Shown: one piece after another, positions 17,547-27,274 of the stretch
How the letters are laid out: each line of letters begins with the position of its first letter
How positions within the stretch are numbered: the stretch's first letter is position 1
Origin: Pseudomonadota bacterium
Lineage (GTDB): Bacteria > Pseudomonadota > Alphaproteobacteria > Rhodobacterales > Rhodobacteraceae
Assembly: GCA_039179985.1 (NCBI GenBank)
Contig: JBCDED010000009.1
Location: forward strand, 147-64,146
Direction of reading: 5' to 3'
Length of the DNA: 64,000 nucleotides
Notes under the pieces: model-generated
Database searches by the model: none
What the model was told of the DNA's origin: nothing
Seen by the model: the letters and a program-made list of their open reading frames with translations, nothing else
Position numbers and translations under genes: made by a program

Positions 17547-18598
17547 CGCAGAGCTGCCCCGGTTTCCGCGTCAAACAGATGCAGGTTCGCCGGGTCCGCC
17601 CCAAGTTCCACCGTTGCCCCGATATCGGGCGGCGTGCGTCCGTCGGCCTTCGCGATCACCTCACCGTCCGGCGTGTCCACGTAAATCAGAGTCTCATGGC
17701 CAAGCGGTTCGCGGACTGTCACTTGCCCCTGCACAAGTGGCGTTCCCGCCCCCGGCTGCAGGTCTTCGGGCCGCACGCCAAGAACGATGTCCTTGCCCGT
17801 CTGCACACTATCGGGCCAGCCGAAATGTGCGCCCCCGGCAAGCGTTAGGCCCGCGCCGTCGCCACGCCCCGGAAGCATGTTCATCGAAGGCGCCCCGATG
17901 AAGCGCGCAACGAACGTATTGGCGGGTTGGTGATAGACCTCGGACGGCGTGCCCACCTGCTGGATATATCCATCCTTCATGATGACGATCCGGTCGGCCA
18001 TGGTCATCGCCTCGACCTGATCGTGGGTAACAAAGATGATCGTATTGCCGACCCGCTGGTGCAGCTTTTTGATTTCCAGTCGCATCTGTGTACGCAGCTG
18101 CGCGTCGAGGTTCGAGAGCGGTTCATCAAAAAGAAAAACCGCCGGGTCCCGTACCATGGCGCGACCTATGGCGACCCTCTGGCGCTGGCCGCCCGACAAT
18201 TGGTTGGGCTTGCGGTCCAGAAGATCGGTCATGTCGAGAATGCCGGCGACTTCCTCGATCCGCGCGGCCTTGGCCGACCGGCTCAGGCTGCTGCTTTTCA
18301 GGCCAAAGCCGATGTTCCGACGCACGGTCATATGCGGGTAGATGGCGTAGTTCTGGAACACCATGGCGATGTCCCGGTCCTTGGGTTCAAGGTTGTTGAC
18401 AACGCGGCCACCGATCAGCACCTCGCCTTCGCTCGCCTCTTCCAGCCCGGCAATGATGCGCAGCGTGGTCGACTTCCCGCAGCCCGAAGGCCCGACGAAA
18501 ACCACGAACTCCCCGTCCGCAACTTCCAGATCGATCCCGTGCAGCACGCGGGTCTTGTCGAAGGTCTTCACAAGGGATCGCAAGACAAGTTCAGCCAA
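17543..18598 (-). CDS. Sugar-type ABC transporter ATP-binding protein (UgpC/MalK-like)
   Basis: TTG start, 2 nt after the upstream stop. Walker A GPSGCGKST, signature LSGGQRQR, Walker B FLFDEPLS, and a C-terminal MalK-like regulatory domain. Confidence 0.93.
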   Translation of the reverse strand: MAELVLRSLVKTFDKTRVLHGIDLEVADGEFVVFVGPSGCGKSTTLRIIAGLEEASEGEVLIGGRVVNNLEPKDRDIAMVFQNYAIYPHMTVRRNIGFGLKSSSLSRSAKAARIEEVAGILDMTDLLDRKPNQLSGGQRQRVAIGRAMVRDPAVFLFDEPLSNLDAQLRTQMRLEIKKLHQRVGNTIIFVTHDQVEAMTMADRIVIMKDGYIQQVGTPSEVYHQPANTFVARFIGAPSMNMLPGRGDGAGLTLAGGAHFGWPDSVQTGKDIVLGVRPEDLQPGAGTPLVQGQVTVREPLGHETLIYVDTPDGEVIAKADGRTPPDIGATVELGADPANLHLFDAETGAALR

Positions 18599-18600
18599 GA

Positions 18601-20085
18601 TCAGCGCTCCAAAAGGGCAAGAAAGGCGCGGTCCCGCGCGGCGCGCGCGGCAGTGGTTCTTTCCGCGCGGGCCACCTCCGCCGCGCGCATCGCCTGCAGT
18701 TCGGCCGCATAAACACTGAAAGCATCACGCAGCGACGCCTCAGCCGGTCCCCCGGTCCGGTCCCGACGCGCAACGAACCGCTCAGCGGATACGGCATCGC
18801 GGAACGCCGGTTCATCGAGATCGGTCGATTTGCCGGTAATCCGCTCAAAGGCTTCGCAGAAAAAGGCGTAGCCTTCGCCCAGGGGCTGCTCTCGCGCGAT
18901 GACGGCGCGCGCTGTGACCGCAGCGACCTCATGGGCCTGGCGGAAACTCAACGCCTCGTCACGCACAAGCGTGTCCGCAAGTTCGGTGATCGTGATGCAG
19001 GCCGCATCCGTTGTGCGCTGCACGCGGTCCGCGTTGATGGAGCACTGGCCGATGAGCGCCGCCATCAATTCAAGAACCCGACCACCGCTCTCGAATGCAG
19101 TGTAGCCGACCTGCTGCACCTCACCTTCGCTGTCGTTCATGTCGGTGAAGGGCGTGTTCTGCATCACACCAACCACTGTGTCACAGCGACCCACCGTCGC
19201 CGAAGCCAAATGGCGCAGATGCTCGATCGGCACGGGGTTGCGTTTTTGCGGCATGATCGAACTGATCTGGACAAGGCTGTTGGGAACATAGAGCTGGCCG
19301 ATTTCGAAAGCGGTCCAGAAGGCCATGTCCTGCACGACGCGGCCCAGGTGAAGAAACATCAGCTTCAGCGCCCCGTAGAGCCCCGTGATATAATCGACAG
19401 AGGCAATGCAGCCGTAGGAGTTCAGTTGTGGCGCCCCGAACCCCAGCAGAAGCGCGACGCGGGTCCGGTCGATGGGAAATCCCGACGTGGTGATCGCCGC
19501 TGCGCCCATGGGGGACGTTTCAAGCTGGTCCATGGCAGACTGCAGGCGACCGGCATCCCGCAAGAGCACCTCCAGCGCGGCCGCAAGGTAGTGGCCGAAG
19601 GTCGACGGCTGGGCCGGTTGGCCGTGGGTATAGGCCACGATCAGTGTGGCCCGTTCGGTACGCGCCTTCGCCAGCATCGCGTCGGCGAGGTCCAGCACCT
19701 GCGCCATCAGAACTGCGGTGCGATCCCTGAGCGCGAGCTTGAACATGGTGTGGTCCATGTCATTGCGCGAGCGGGCCGTATGCAACGCCCCACCCAGATC
19801 GCCCAGCCGGTCACGCAACTGAGCCTCGATCCAGAAGAAATAGTCCTCGTGCTCGCCGGTGTACGCCAGCGTCCCAAGATCCGTCGACCGCCCGATATCC
19901 TCAAGCGCTCCGGCAAGGGCCTGCGCATCTTCCCGCGCCAGAATGCCGGTTTCCGCCAGCATCACCAGATGCGCGCGGTTGATCGCGTCCATATGCGCGG
20001 CGTGATGCGCTTTCACGGATTGAAAGAGAGGCTCCAGCACCGTGGCGCGGTAGACGGGATCAGGGAACACCGAACGGTCCGTCAT
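18601..20085 (-). CDS. Fumarate-lyase superfamily enzyme, argininosuccinate-lyase-like paralogue
   Basis: ORF track gives 18601..20115. ATG at 20085 forms an ATGA overlap with the VOC stop. SS-loop ISSIMPQKRNPVPIE. Lacks the WGGRF-type N-terminus of housekeeping ArgH. Confidence 0.85.
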   Translation of the reverse strand: MTDRSVFPDPVYRATVLEPLFQSVKAHHAAHMDAINRAHLVMLAETGILAREDAQALAGALEDIGRSTDLGTLAYTGEHEDYFFWIEAQLRDRLGDLGGALHTARSRNDMDHTMFKLALRDRTAVLMAQVLDLADAMLAKARTERATLIVAYTHGQPAQPSTFGHYLAAALEVLLRDAGRLQSAMDQLETSPMGAAAITTSGFPIDRTRVALLLGFGAPQLNSYGCIASVDYITGLYGALKLMFLHLGRVVQDMAFWTAFEIGQLYVPNSLVQISSIMPQKRNPVPIEHLRHLASATVGRCDTVVGVMQNTPFTDMNDSEGEVQQVGYTAFESGGRVLELMAALIGQCSINADRVQRTTDAACITITELADTLVRDEALSFRQAHEVAAVTARAVIAREQPLGEGYAFFCEAFERITGKSTDLDEPAFRDAVSAERFVARRDRTGGPAEASLRDAFSVYAAELQAMRAAEVARAERTTAARAARDRAFLALLER

Positions 20086-20528
20086 ACCGAAACCTCCGCG
20101 AAGCCCGCAAACCACTCCCGGACCTTTTGATGATCGTAAGTCGTCAGTTCCAGGTGGTTCCCGTCCGGATCGGCGAAGTAGTAGGACCAGGCAAGCCCAT
20201 GGTCGTCGGCGTTCTCGCGGGCCAGGTATCCACCCTTCCGGTTGCTCAGCTTCAGGGCTGGCAGCTTTTCACCAAATTCGATGAAGAGCGACCCAGGCAC
20301 CCGGAAGGCCGTGGTATGATCCCCGTCCGAGGGCGGGCGGCCCTCGAAGAGGGTCACGCAGTACTGGCCGCGCGGCGTCGCCATGTACTTTCCGCCGGCA
20401 AGGCGCTTTGAGCTTGGCAGCACGGTCAGACCCAAAATGTGCCCGTACCAGGCGGCGGCGGCCTCTGGATCGGCCACATAAAGGTGGACGTGGTCCAGGG
20501 CCGATATGGGGACACCTTTGACGCTCAT
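20082..20528 (-). CDS. Small VOC (glyoxalase/bleomycin-resistance/dioxygenase) family protein
   Basis: ORF track gives 20082..20639. ATG at 20528 (MSVKGVPISALDHVHLYVADPEAAAAWYGHILGL) forms an ATGA overlap with the permease stop. Confidence 0.8.
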   Translation of the reverse strand: MSVKGVPISALDHVHLYVADPEAAAAWYGHILGLTVLPSSKRLAGGKYMATPRGQYCVTLFEGRPPSDGDHTTAFRVPGSLFIEFGEKLPALKLSNRKGGYLARENADDHGLAWSYYFADPDGNHLELTTYDHQKVREWFAGFAEVSV

Positions 20529-21403
20529 CCCTTCAGCCCCGCCATCACCACGCCGCGGATAATAAAGCGCTGGAAGATCAGGAAAACGATCAGCGTCGGG
20601 ATTGTCGGAATCGCGGCGCCGGTCATGATCAGTTCCCACTGTACGTCAGCCTCGTCGCCGAAGGTCGAAAGCCCGACGGGCAGTGTGTACATCTCTACCG
20701 AATTCGTCACGATCAGCGGCCAGATGAAGGCCGTCCAGTTTCCGAGGAAGACAAAGATCGCCAGCGCCGCCAGTGCCGGTTTCACCAGCGGCATCGCCAC
20801 GCTCCACCAGATTTGCAATTCGTTCAGTCCGTCGATCCTTGCGGCCTCGATGAAATCATCGGGCACGGTCTCGAAAAACTGCTTCATCAGGAAGGTGCCG
20901 AAGGCGGTCATCAGTCCCGGGAACATGATGCCCCAGTAGGTGTCGAGCCAGCCGAACTGCTGGCTCATCAAATACCAGGGGATAACCAGCATCTCGGTCG
21001 GGATCATTAGCGTCGACAGGATCGCGATGAAGACGATATAGCGCCCGGGAAAGCGGAACTTGCAGAGCGTATAGCCCACCAGACTGTCGAAGAGCACGTT
21101 CGAGATTGTGGTGATGACCGCAATGATGATCGAGTTGATGAACCAGCCGTAAAACCGACCGTCTTCCAGAACATATGTGTAGTTCTCAAGGTGCGGTTCT
21201 TCGGGGATCAAGTTGACGTTGTAGACCTCAAACGGCCATTTCAGCGAGGTCGAGATCATATATGCGATCGGCATCACCATCAGGACGCCGCCGACAAACA
21301 ACAAAAACCACCTCAGGATCTGACCCATGTTAGCAGGACGCCGGGCCGCCTTGCTGTCGAGCAGCGTTTCCGAGCTTGCGCGGATTTCCTCGGCCACAGC
21401 CAT
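20525..21403 (-). CDS. Carbohydrate ABC transporter permease
   Basis: Six TM segments and an EAA loop EAARIDGLNELQIWWSVAMPLVKP. Its start overlaps the upstream permease stop by 1 nt. Confidence 0.93.
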   Translation of the reverse strand: MAVAEEIRASSETLLDSKAARRPANMGQILRWFLLFVGGVLMVMPIAYMISTSLKWPFEVYNVNLIPEEPHLENYTYVLEDGRFYGWFINSIIIAVITTISNVLFDSLVGYTLCKFRFPGRYIVFIAILSTLMIPTEMLVIPWYLMSQQFGWLDTYWGIMFPGLMTAFGTFLMKQFFETVPDDFIEAARIDGLNELQIWWSVAMPLVKPALAALAIFVFLGNWTAFIWPLIVTNSVEMYTLPVGLSTFGDEADVQWELIMTGAAIPTIPTLIVFLIFQRFIIRGVVMAGLKG

Positions 21404-22296
21404 CAGCGGTCCCTCAGAATGCGCAGTTGGACCAGCGAGACGATCAGCAAGATGAGGAACAGCACAACCGTTTGCGCGGCCGCATAACCCATGTCAAAGC
21501 CCGTAAAGGCGGTTTCATAGATCATCAGGACCAGTGGTTTGGTGCTGTTGAGCGGACCGCCGGGGTCATTCGTCGTCATGTTGAAGACGTGGTCGAAGAT
21601 CCGCAGGAACCCGATCGACGAAAAGACAACGATAAAAACGATGGTGGGCTTCAGAAGGGGGATCGTTATTTCCCAAAGCACCGTCCAGGTCGATACACCG
21701 TCGATGCGCGCAGCCTCGTAGTAGCTGCGCGGAATGGCTCTGAGCCCGGCCATGAAAATGATGATCTGAAAGCCAAGCCCTGCCCAGACCGCCGGCGCCA
21801 GTACCGAAGGCAGCGCATTGGTGGTCGAGCGCAAAAACTCGATCTGAGGAATCCCGACCGAGGCCAGGAAGTTGTTGAACAGCCCAATGGGCACGGGCTG
21901 GTAAAACCACCGCCAGACCCAGGCCATCGCCACTGCGCTGGTCATGAAGGGCAGGAAATAAAGCATCCTCAAAAACCCGTGCATGAAGCGGGTCTTGTCG
22001 AGGTGGTAGGCAATCACGAAAGAGATGACGAGGCTTATCGGCGTGCCGAGCAACAGGTAGACGAAGGTATTCCTGAAGACCTTCCAGAACACCGGATCGC
22101 TCCAGAGCTTGGCGTAGTTCTCAAAACCCGCCCAGGTCCGGTCACCCAGAAGGTTCCAGTTCTGAAACGAAATCACCATAGCGTTGCCGGTGGGATAAAA
22201 CCGGATCACAACGTAGAACAGAATTGGGATCGCCAGAAAGCCCCAGGCCCAGACGATTTGCTTCTGCTTGATGGAGAGATTGCGGTAGAGCTGCAC
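21403..22296 (-). CDS. Carbohydrate ABC transporter permease
   Basis: EAA loop EAARIDGVSTWTVLWEITIPLLKP; MalF/UgpA-like topology. Confidence 0.93.
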   Translation of the reverse strand: MQLYRNLSIKQKQIVWAWGFLAIPILFYVVIRFYPTGNAMVISFQNWNLLGDRTWAGFENYAKLWSDPVFWKVFRNTFVYLLLGTPISLVISFVIAYHLDKTRFMHGFLRMLYFLPFMTSAVAMAWVWRWFYQPVPIGLFNNFLASVGIPQIEFLRSTTNALPSVLAPAVWAGLGFQIIIFMAGLRAIPRSYYEAARIDGVSTWTVLWEITIPLLKPTIVFIVVFSSIGFLRIFDHVFNMTTNDPGGPLNSTKPLVLMIYETAFTGFDMGYAAAQTVVLFLILLIVSLVQLRILRDR

Positions 22297-22353
22297 GGCC
22301 CCGGCCCGTCGGTTTGGGGCCGCCCCGCGGGTGCGCGGAACGGCCAGACGTGA

Positions 22354-23619
22354 TCAGTTGGTTGCGTAGTATTCGTCGAGCAGCTTCTGCTCGGCTTCCG
22401 CCGCAACGCCAAGGCTATCAGAGACGGACTGCCCTTCGATGTCGATCCGCTGAACCATATCCATCAGGATCTGGCGCTGGCCGGACTCGTTGGCGAATTT
22501 GGTGGTGTTGGCGTACTCAAGGCCGCGGATGAAGGGGCCGAACACCTCGTTGGTGGCGTTCGCCTCGGTCAGGCCGACCGAGGGTTTGGCAGGCAACTCG
22601 CCCACAACGTCGAGCCAGATCTGCATGGCTTCGTCAGAGGTGATGTACTCCATAAACTTGAGCGCGGCGTCGTACTTCTCGCCCTCGGCTTTCGTCGTAA
22701 TCGCGTTCACCCAGTAGGAGGAATAGTTGGACCGCGTGCCATCAGCAGTCGCAGGGAGCTCGGTGACGCCCCATTCCAAGCCACGCGTGTTGTTGAGCGA
22801 GCCAATGCGGAACGAGCCATCAATGTGCATCCCGGCGCGGCCCGCTTTGAAGGCCGCCTGCGGCTCGTCCATAAACCCGTAAGCCGTGACACCGTGATCG
22901 CTGACCAGTCCTGTGTAAAATTCCAGCGCCTTCTGTCCGGCTTCTGAATTGTAGTTCACGGTTTTGTAGTCATCGAGATAGGGCTCGCCGCCCATCTGCC
23001 GGATCAGAACTTCGCGGAACCAATGGTGATCTTGTGCGTTCATGCCCGCGGTAATGCCCACCTGCGTAAGGTTGCCCGCACTGTCGGTCTTGGTCAGCTT
23101 CTTTGCGACCTCGACAAGCTCGTCGAGCGTCTCAGGCGGGGCGTCGATTCCCGCTTCCTCGAAGAGACGCTCGTTGTAGAAGAGCGCGAGGGACCGAACC
23201 GCTGTTGGGAGCGCCCAGTAGTTGTCGCCCTCGCGCATTGCACCAACCATTGGGAAGAACTCTTCGGAGATCTGGTCGGCGGGAAAAGTCTCGGCGGGGA
23301 GAGGCTGGATCAACTCCGCCGCCTTGTAATCGTTGAGCCAGCCATAGAACAGCTGCACCACATCGGGCCCTTCCCCGGCCGGAATCGCCGCGGCAACTTT
23401 GGTGCGGTAGTCAGCATAGGGGAAGTGGGTCATCTTTACAGTGATGTCCGGGTTGGCTTCCTGGAAGTTCTCGATCAACTGTTCCATCGCTTCGACGCGC
23501 GCATCGAAGAAATACTGCCAGTATTCAATCTCGACCGCCTGTGCGGCCGTGGACATCAGCGCTGCTGCGCTGGTGGCCGCTGCAAAGGCAACAGCCTGAA
23601 CCTTGCGAAATCCCATCAT
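22354..23619 (-). CDS. ABC transporter extracellular solute-binding protein (family 1, sugar type)
   Basis: ORF track gives 22354..23676. ATG at 23619 (MMGFRKVQAVAFAAATSAAALMSTAAQA signal peptide) with GGGAG 7 nt upstream. Confidence 0.9.
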   Translation of the reverse strand: MMGFRKVQAVAFAAATSAAALMSTAAQAVEIEYWQYFFDARVEAMEQLIENFQEANPDITVKMTHFPYADYRTKVAAAIPAGEGPDVVQLFYGWLNDYKAAELIQPLPAETFPADQISEEFFPMVGAMREGDNYWALPTAVRSLALFYNERLFEEAGIDAPPETLDELVEVAKKLTKTDSAGNLTQVGITAGMNAQDHHWFREVLIRQMGGEPYLDDYKTVNYNSEAGQKALEFYTGLVSDHGVTAYGFMDEPQAAFKAGRAGMHIDGSFRIGSLNNTRGLEWGVTELPATADGTRSNYSSYWVNAITTKAEGEKYDAALKFMEYITSDEAMQIWLDVVGELPAKPSVGLTEANATNEVFGPFIRGLEYANTTKFANESGQRQILMDMVQRIDIEGQSVSDSLGVAAEAEQKLLDEYYATN

Positions 23620-23696
23620 CGGGTCTCCCTGTTCTGAATGACGGCATTGGTGCCGTGCGTTGCTTGGCAAGCTCACTTGGGGCTCTGACTGTAGGG

Positions 23697-23736
23697 TTAA
23701 CTCAAGAAGGTTGAGCTATCAAGTTCGTTGAGTTAA
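23697..23736. promoter_or_regulatory. Candidate operator: 9-bp perfect inverted repeat TTAACTCAA-N22-TTGAGTTAA with a third internal TTGAGCT half-site
   Basis: Read directly in the 126-bp divergent spacer between the ABC operon (start 23619) and the ROK regulator (start 23746). Confidence 0.4.
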
Positions 23737-23745
23737 TCGAAGCCC

Positions 23746-24921
23746 ATGGTGAACAAACCCGAACAGGTCGTGGGCGCCAACGCAGGCCGCGCGCGCAGCC
23801 ACAACCGTCAGGTGGTGCTGGGCCGGGTGCGCGATGCCGGGCAGATCGGCCGCGCAGAGATCGCGCGCGCCTCTGGCCTGAGCACGCAGGCCGTGTCGAA
23901 CATAATCGCTGATCTGTTACGCGACGGCATGATCCGCGAACAGGGCCGCCGGAGCGGGCTGCGCGGACTGCCGGCGGTACAATATGCGCTCAATCCGGAC
24001 GGCGCCTTTGCCCTTGGCATTGAAATCCGCCCGGATGCCATTCTTGCTGCCCTTCTGGACCTTGAGGGCGACACAGTCTTTTCGACCAGAGAATCCCTGC
24101 CATCAAGCGACGTCGACGGAACGCTCACCCTACTGGCCGCGCTCAAGACCGAAGCCCTTAAAAAGACGGGCATCGATGCTGGCAGGCTTTTGGGCGCAGG
24201 CGTTGTCATGCCCGGACCCTTTGGCCTCAGCGAGCACCCGGAAAGCGGCTCGGAACTGGCGATCTGGCACGACTGCGACCCGCGGACGGCTTTGGAGGCT
24301 GCGCTGGATCTGCCCGTGGCCGTGGAAAACGATGCCAACGCAGCCGCCATGGCCGAATGGCTGTCCGGCGCCGCGAGCGGGCTCGAAAGCTTTGCCTTTA
24401 TCTATTTCGGCACCGGTCTTGGGCTTGGCGTGATGCACGAAGGACGGCTCTTGACGGGCGCGCACGGGAACGCCGGGGAACTCGGTCATGTCGCCGTCCC
24501 AACTGCCAACGGAACCGTTGCCCTGGAAACCGCCGTGAGCCGGCTGTCGGTGCAGGCGTATCTGGCGGAAAGGGGCGTCAAGGCACAGACCATGGAGGAT
24601 CTCGCGGCGCTCTATGCCGCGACGGATAGCGCTCTCTTCGCATGGCTGGACGATGCCAGCCTGCCCCTGTCCGTGGCGATCAACGTGGTAGAAAACCTCT
24701 TTGATCCGCAGACCATTGTTCTCGGAGGCGCCATGCCGGACGATATCCTCGACCACCTGATACGCCGGATCACGCTTGGCGGAAGGTCTGTCGCGGACAG
24801 ACCCGCACGCGCCCATCCCAGATTGCAGCGTGGCACATCGGGGCGGATGTCGGCGACGCTCGGGGCCGCGGCGCTGATCCTCAATGGTGCGTTCACTCCG
24901 CGTATCGCAGCAGCGGGCTGA
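23746..24921 (+). CDS. ROK family transcriptional regulator
   Basis: N-terminal winged HTH RSHNRQVVLGRVRDAGQIGRAEIARASGLSTQAVSNIIADL, plus a ROK sugar-kinase-like domain (YFGTGLGLGV, GNAGELGH). Confidence 0.9.
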   Translation: MVNKPEQVVGANAGRARSHNRQVVLGRVRDAGQIGRAEIARASGLSTQAVSNIIADLLRDGMIREQGRRSGLRGLPAVQYALNPDGAFALGIEIRPDAILAALLDLEGDTVFSTRESLPSSDVDGTLTLLAALKTEALKKTGIDAGRLLGAGVVMPGPFGLSEHPESGSELAIWHDCDPRTALEAALDLPVAVENDANAAAMAEWLSGAASGLESFAFIYFGTGLGLGVMHEGRLLTGAHGNAGELGHVAVPTANGTVALETAVSRLSVQAYLAERGVKAQTMEDLAALYAATDSALFAWLDDASLPLSVAINVVENLFDPQTIVLGGAMPDDILDHLIRRITLGGRSVADRPARAHPRLQRGTSGRMSATLGAAALILNGAFTPRIAAAG

Positions 24922-24928
24922 TCCGAAC

Positions 24929-27274
24929 ATGCCGACGGCAGACCAGGCCCGCATCCTCGAACAACGCGCGCACCCCAAGATCTGGGACCTCTGGCGCGCG
25001 CTACGCCCTCTGAAATCCACGGTCCGTTTTATGAACTCGGGCGCCCACCCCGACGACGAGATCTCGGATATGCTCGCCGCGATCTCGTTGAGGGACGGAC
25101 TCAACCTAACCTACGCCTGCTCGACCCGTGGCGAAGGCGGTCAGAACGACATCGGAACCGAGGCGGGCGCGGACCTCGGCGCCCTGCGCACCCGCGAGAT
25201 GGAGCGCGCGGCCACAGCGCTCGGCATGCGGCTTTATTGGCATTCGGATGGCCCGGACGACACGATCACCGACTTCGGCTTTTCAAAAAGCGGTGTTGAG
25301 ACACTTGGCAAGTGGAACGCCGGGCGCACCCTTGCAAGGTTCGTCGACATTGTGCGGCGCGACCGGCCCGACATTCTCTGCCCGACGTTCCTCGACGTGC
25401 CCGGCCAGCACGGGCACCACCGCGCGATGACCGAGGCTGCGCATCTGGTGATGGAGGCCGCCGCCGATCCGGCGTTCGCCAGCAATCTTCCAAGCTGGCA
25501 AGTCAAAAAGCTGTACCTGCCCGCGTGGTCAGGCGCTGGTCAGGCCTATGACGATGATCTGCCCCCTCCCGAGGCCACGCTGACCATTCCCGGCGATGGA
25601 ACAGACCCCGTCAGTGGCTGGACCTGGGCCCAGATCGGCCAACAGTCGCGCGTGTTCCACCGCACGCAGGGCATGGGCAATTGGGCATCGCCCAAGCGTT
25701 GGCGCGACTGGCCGCTGCATCTGGTGCTCTCCCATGTCGAGGGGCCCGACACGACCCTCACGGACGGGCTGGCAGCAACGGTCGGCGATCTGGCGGATAT
25801 CGCCGGGTCAGGGTCGCTCGACTCGGCACAAAGTGACATCGACGCGGCCCTGAGCGCCTTTCCGGACACCGAAGCCGTCGCCCGCCACGCCGCCGCCGCG
25901 CTAACGGGCATCCGGCAAACGCGCGACGCACTGAGCGCCGAAGCGCAGGCCGAGATCGGCCACAAGCTCGCTGACAAGGAAACGCAACTCCAGCACGTGC
26001 TGCGCATTTCCCTTGACGTCCACGCCGCCGCGCGCGCGGACCGGGTTTGGCTGTCACCTGGAGACACCGCTCAGGTTACCTTGGAAACGCACCCCGGCGC
26101 GGCGAAGGGGCTGAGCGTGGACCTTGTCCTGCCCGAGGGCTGGTCGATCTGTGGAGAGAACTTGCAGCTAGAAGACACCACGCCGCCCAGCGATCCCTAC
26201 CGCGACACCTATGATCCGCTGGACCCACCCGCGCCGTCTGTCTTGGCCTCTTTCACAGCCTTTGGCGCGCCCTGCGCGGTTCGCGTGCCCATGGAGCGTC
26301 CGCCCGTCGCCCTGGCAACGCCGCTTGGTGAGATCACCCCGGCGGCCATGGTCCTGAACCGCCAGGCCCAGCAAAGCGACCTTGTGCTGTCGGTCCAATC
26401 AGAAGCGGATAGCGACGCAACGCTCGCCCTGCCCGCGGGCTGGACAGCGACACCGGGCGGCGGCGGTTTGACGCTGACACCACCGGAGGCGCCTGCGCCG
26501 GGCCTTACCCGTTTCCCCTTATCCATCGGCGGCCAACCTGCGTACACCGCCCGCCGCATCGACCATAGGCACGTCGATCCGACAGCCGTCCTGCGCCCTG
26601 CGGCATGCGACCTGACCGTTATCGATGTCGCCCTGCCCCCGTCGCGCGTGGGGTATATAGGCGGCGGCAACGACCGCGTCGGGTTCTGGCTGCGCACGCT
26701 TGGGATGGATGTTCTGGATCTGAGCCCTGAGGATCTGGACAACGACGGGATCCTTGGCACCTTGGACGCCGTGGTGATCGGCATCTTTGCCCTGCGCTTT
26801 CGCGAGGGGCTGGCCGAACGCATGCCTCGGCTCCACGCCTGGGTAGAGGGCGGCGGCACGCTCTTGACGCTCTACCACCGGCCCTGGGACAACTGGAATC
26901 CCGCGACAAGCCCGCCCGCGCGGCTGGAGATCGGACAGCCCTCGCTGAGGTGGCGTGTCACAGATGAGGCCGCCACCGTGACCCTTCTGGCGGACCATCC
27001 GCTGCTAAAGACACCGAATGTCATCACCGCCGACGATTGGTCTGGCTGGGTCAAGGAACGCGGACTGTACTTCGCCAAATCATGGGACGCCGCCTATACA
27101 CCGCTACTTGAAATGGCTGATCCCGGCGAAGCCCCCCATCGCGGGGCGCTTTTGGTGGCGGATATCGGCGATGGAAGGCATATCCACACCTCGCTGATAC
27201 TGCACCACCAGATGGAACGGCTGGTGCCGGGCGCCTTCCGGCTGATGGCCAACTTCCTCGCCCGGCGTCCATGA
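24929..27274 (+). CDS. PIG-L/LmbE family N-deacetylase domain protein with a ~550-aa C-terminal extension
   Basis: ORF track start is GTG 24884; ATG 24929 (MPTADQ) is preferred but uncertain. PIG-L signature NSGAHPDDE, plus GQHGHHRAM. The long C-terminal region has no motif I can name with confidence. Confidence 0.8.
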   Translation: MPTADQARILEQRAHPKIWDLWRALRPLKSTVRFMNSGAHPDDEISDMLAAISLRDGLNLTYACSTRGEGGQNDIGTEAGADLGALRTREMERAATALGMRLYWHSDGPDDTITDFGFSKSGVETLGKWNAGRTLARFVDIVRRDRPDILCPTFLDVPGQHGHHRAMTEAAHLVMEAAADPAFASNLPSWQVKKLYLPAWSGAGQAYDDDLPPPEATLTIPGDGTDPVSGWTWAQIGQQSRVFHRTQGMGNWASPKRWRDWPLHLVLSHVEGPDTTLTDGLAATVGDLADIAGSGSLDSAQSDIDAALSAFPDTEAVARHAAAALTGIRQTRDALSAEAQAEIGHKLADKETQLQHVLRISLDVHAAARADRVWLSPGDTAQVTLETHPGAAKGLSVDLVLPEGWSICGENLQLEDTTPPSDPYRDTYDPLDPPAPSVLASFTAFGAPCAVRVPMERPPVALATPLGEITPAAMVLNRQAQQSDLVLSVQSEADSDATLALPAGWTATPGGGGLTLTPPEAPAPGLTRFPLSIGGQPAYTARRIDHRHVDPTAVLRPAACDLTVIDVALPPSRVGYIGGGNDRVGFWLRTLGMDVLDLSPEDLDNDGILGTLDAVVIGIFALRFREGLAERMPRLHAWVEGGGTLLTLYHRPWDNWNPATSPPARLEIGQPSLRWRVTDEAATVTLLADHPLLKTPNVITADDWSGWVKERGLYFAKSWDAAYTPLLEMADPGEAPHRGALLVADIGDGRHIHTSLILHHQMERLVPGAFRLMANFLARRP

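Noticed and set aside
18601-20085. Calling this gene housekeeping argH
   Set aside because: It lacks the ArgH-type N-terminal segment and is embedded by overlaps inside a sugar ABC operon with no other arginine genes nearby, so it is more likely a paralogue with different specificity. I cannot exclude ArgH activity without a search.
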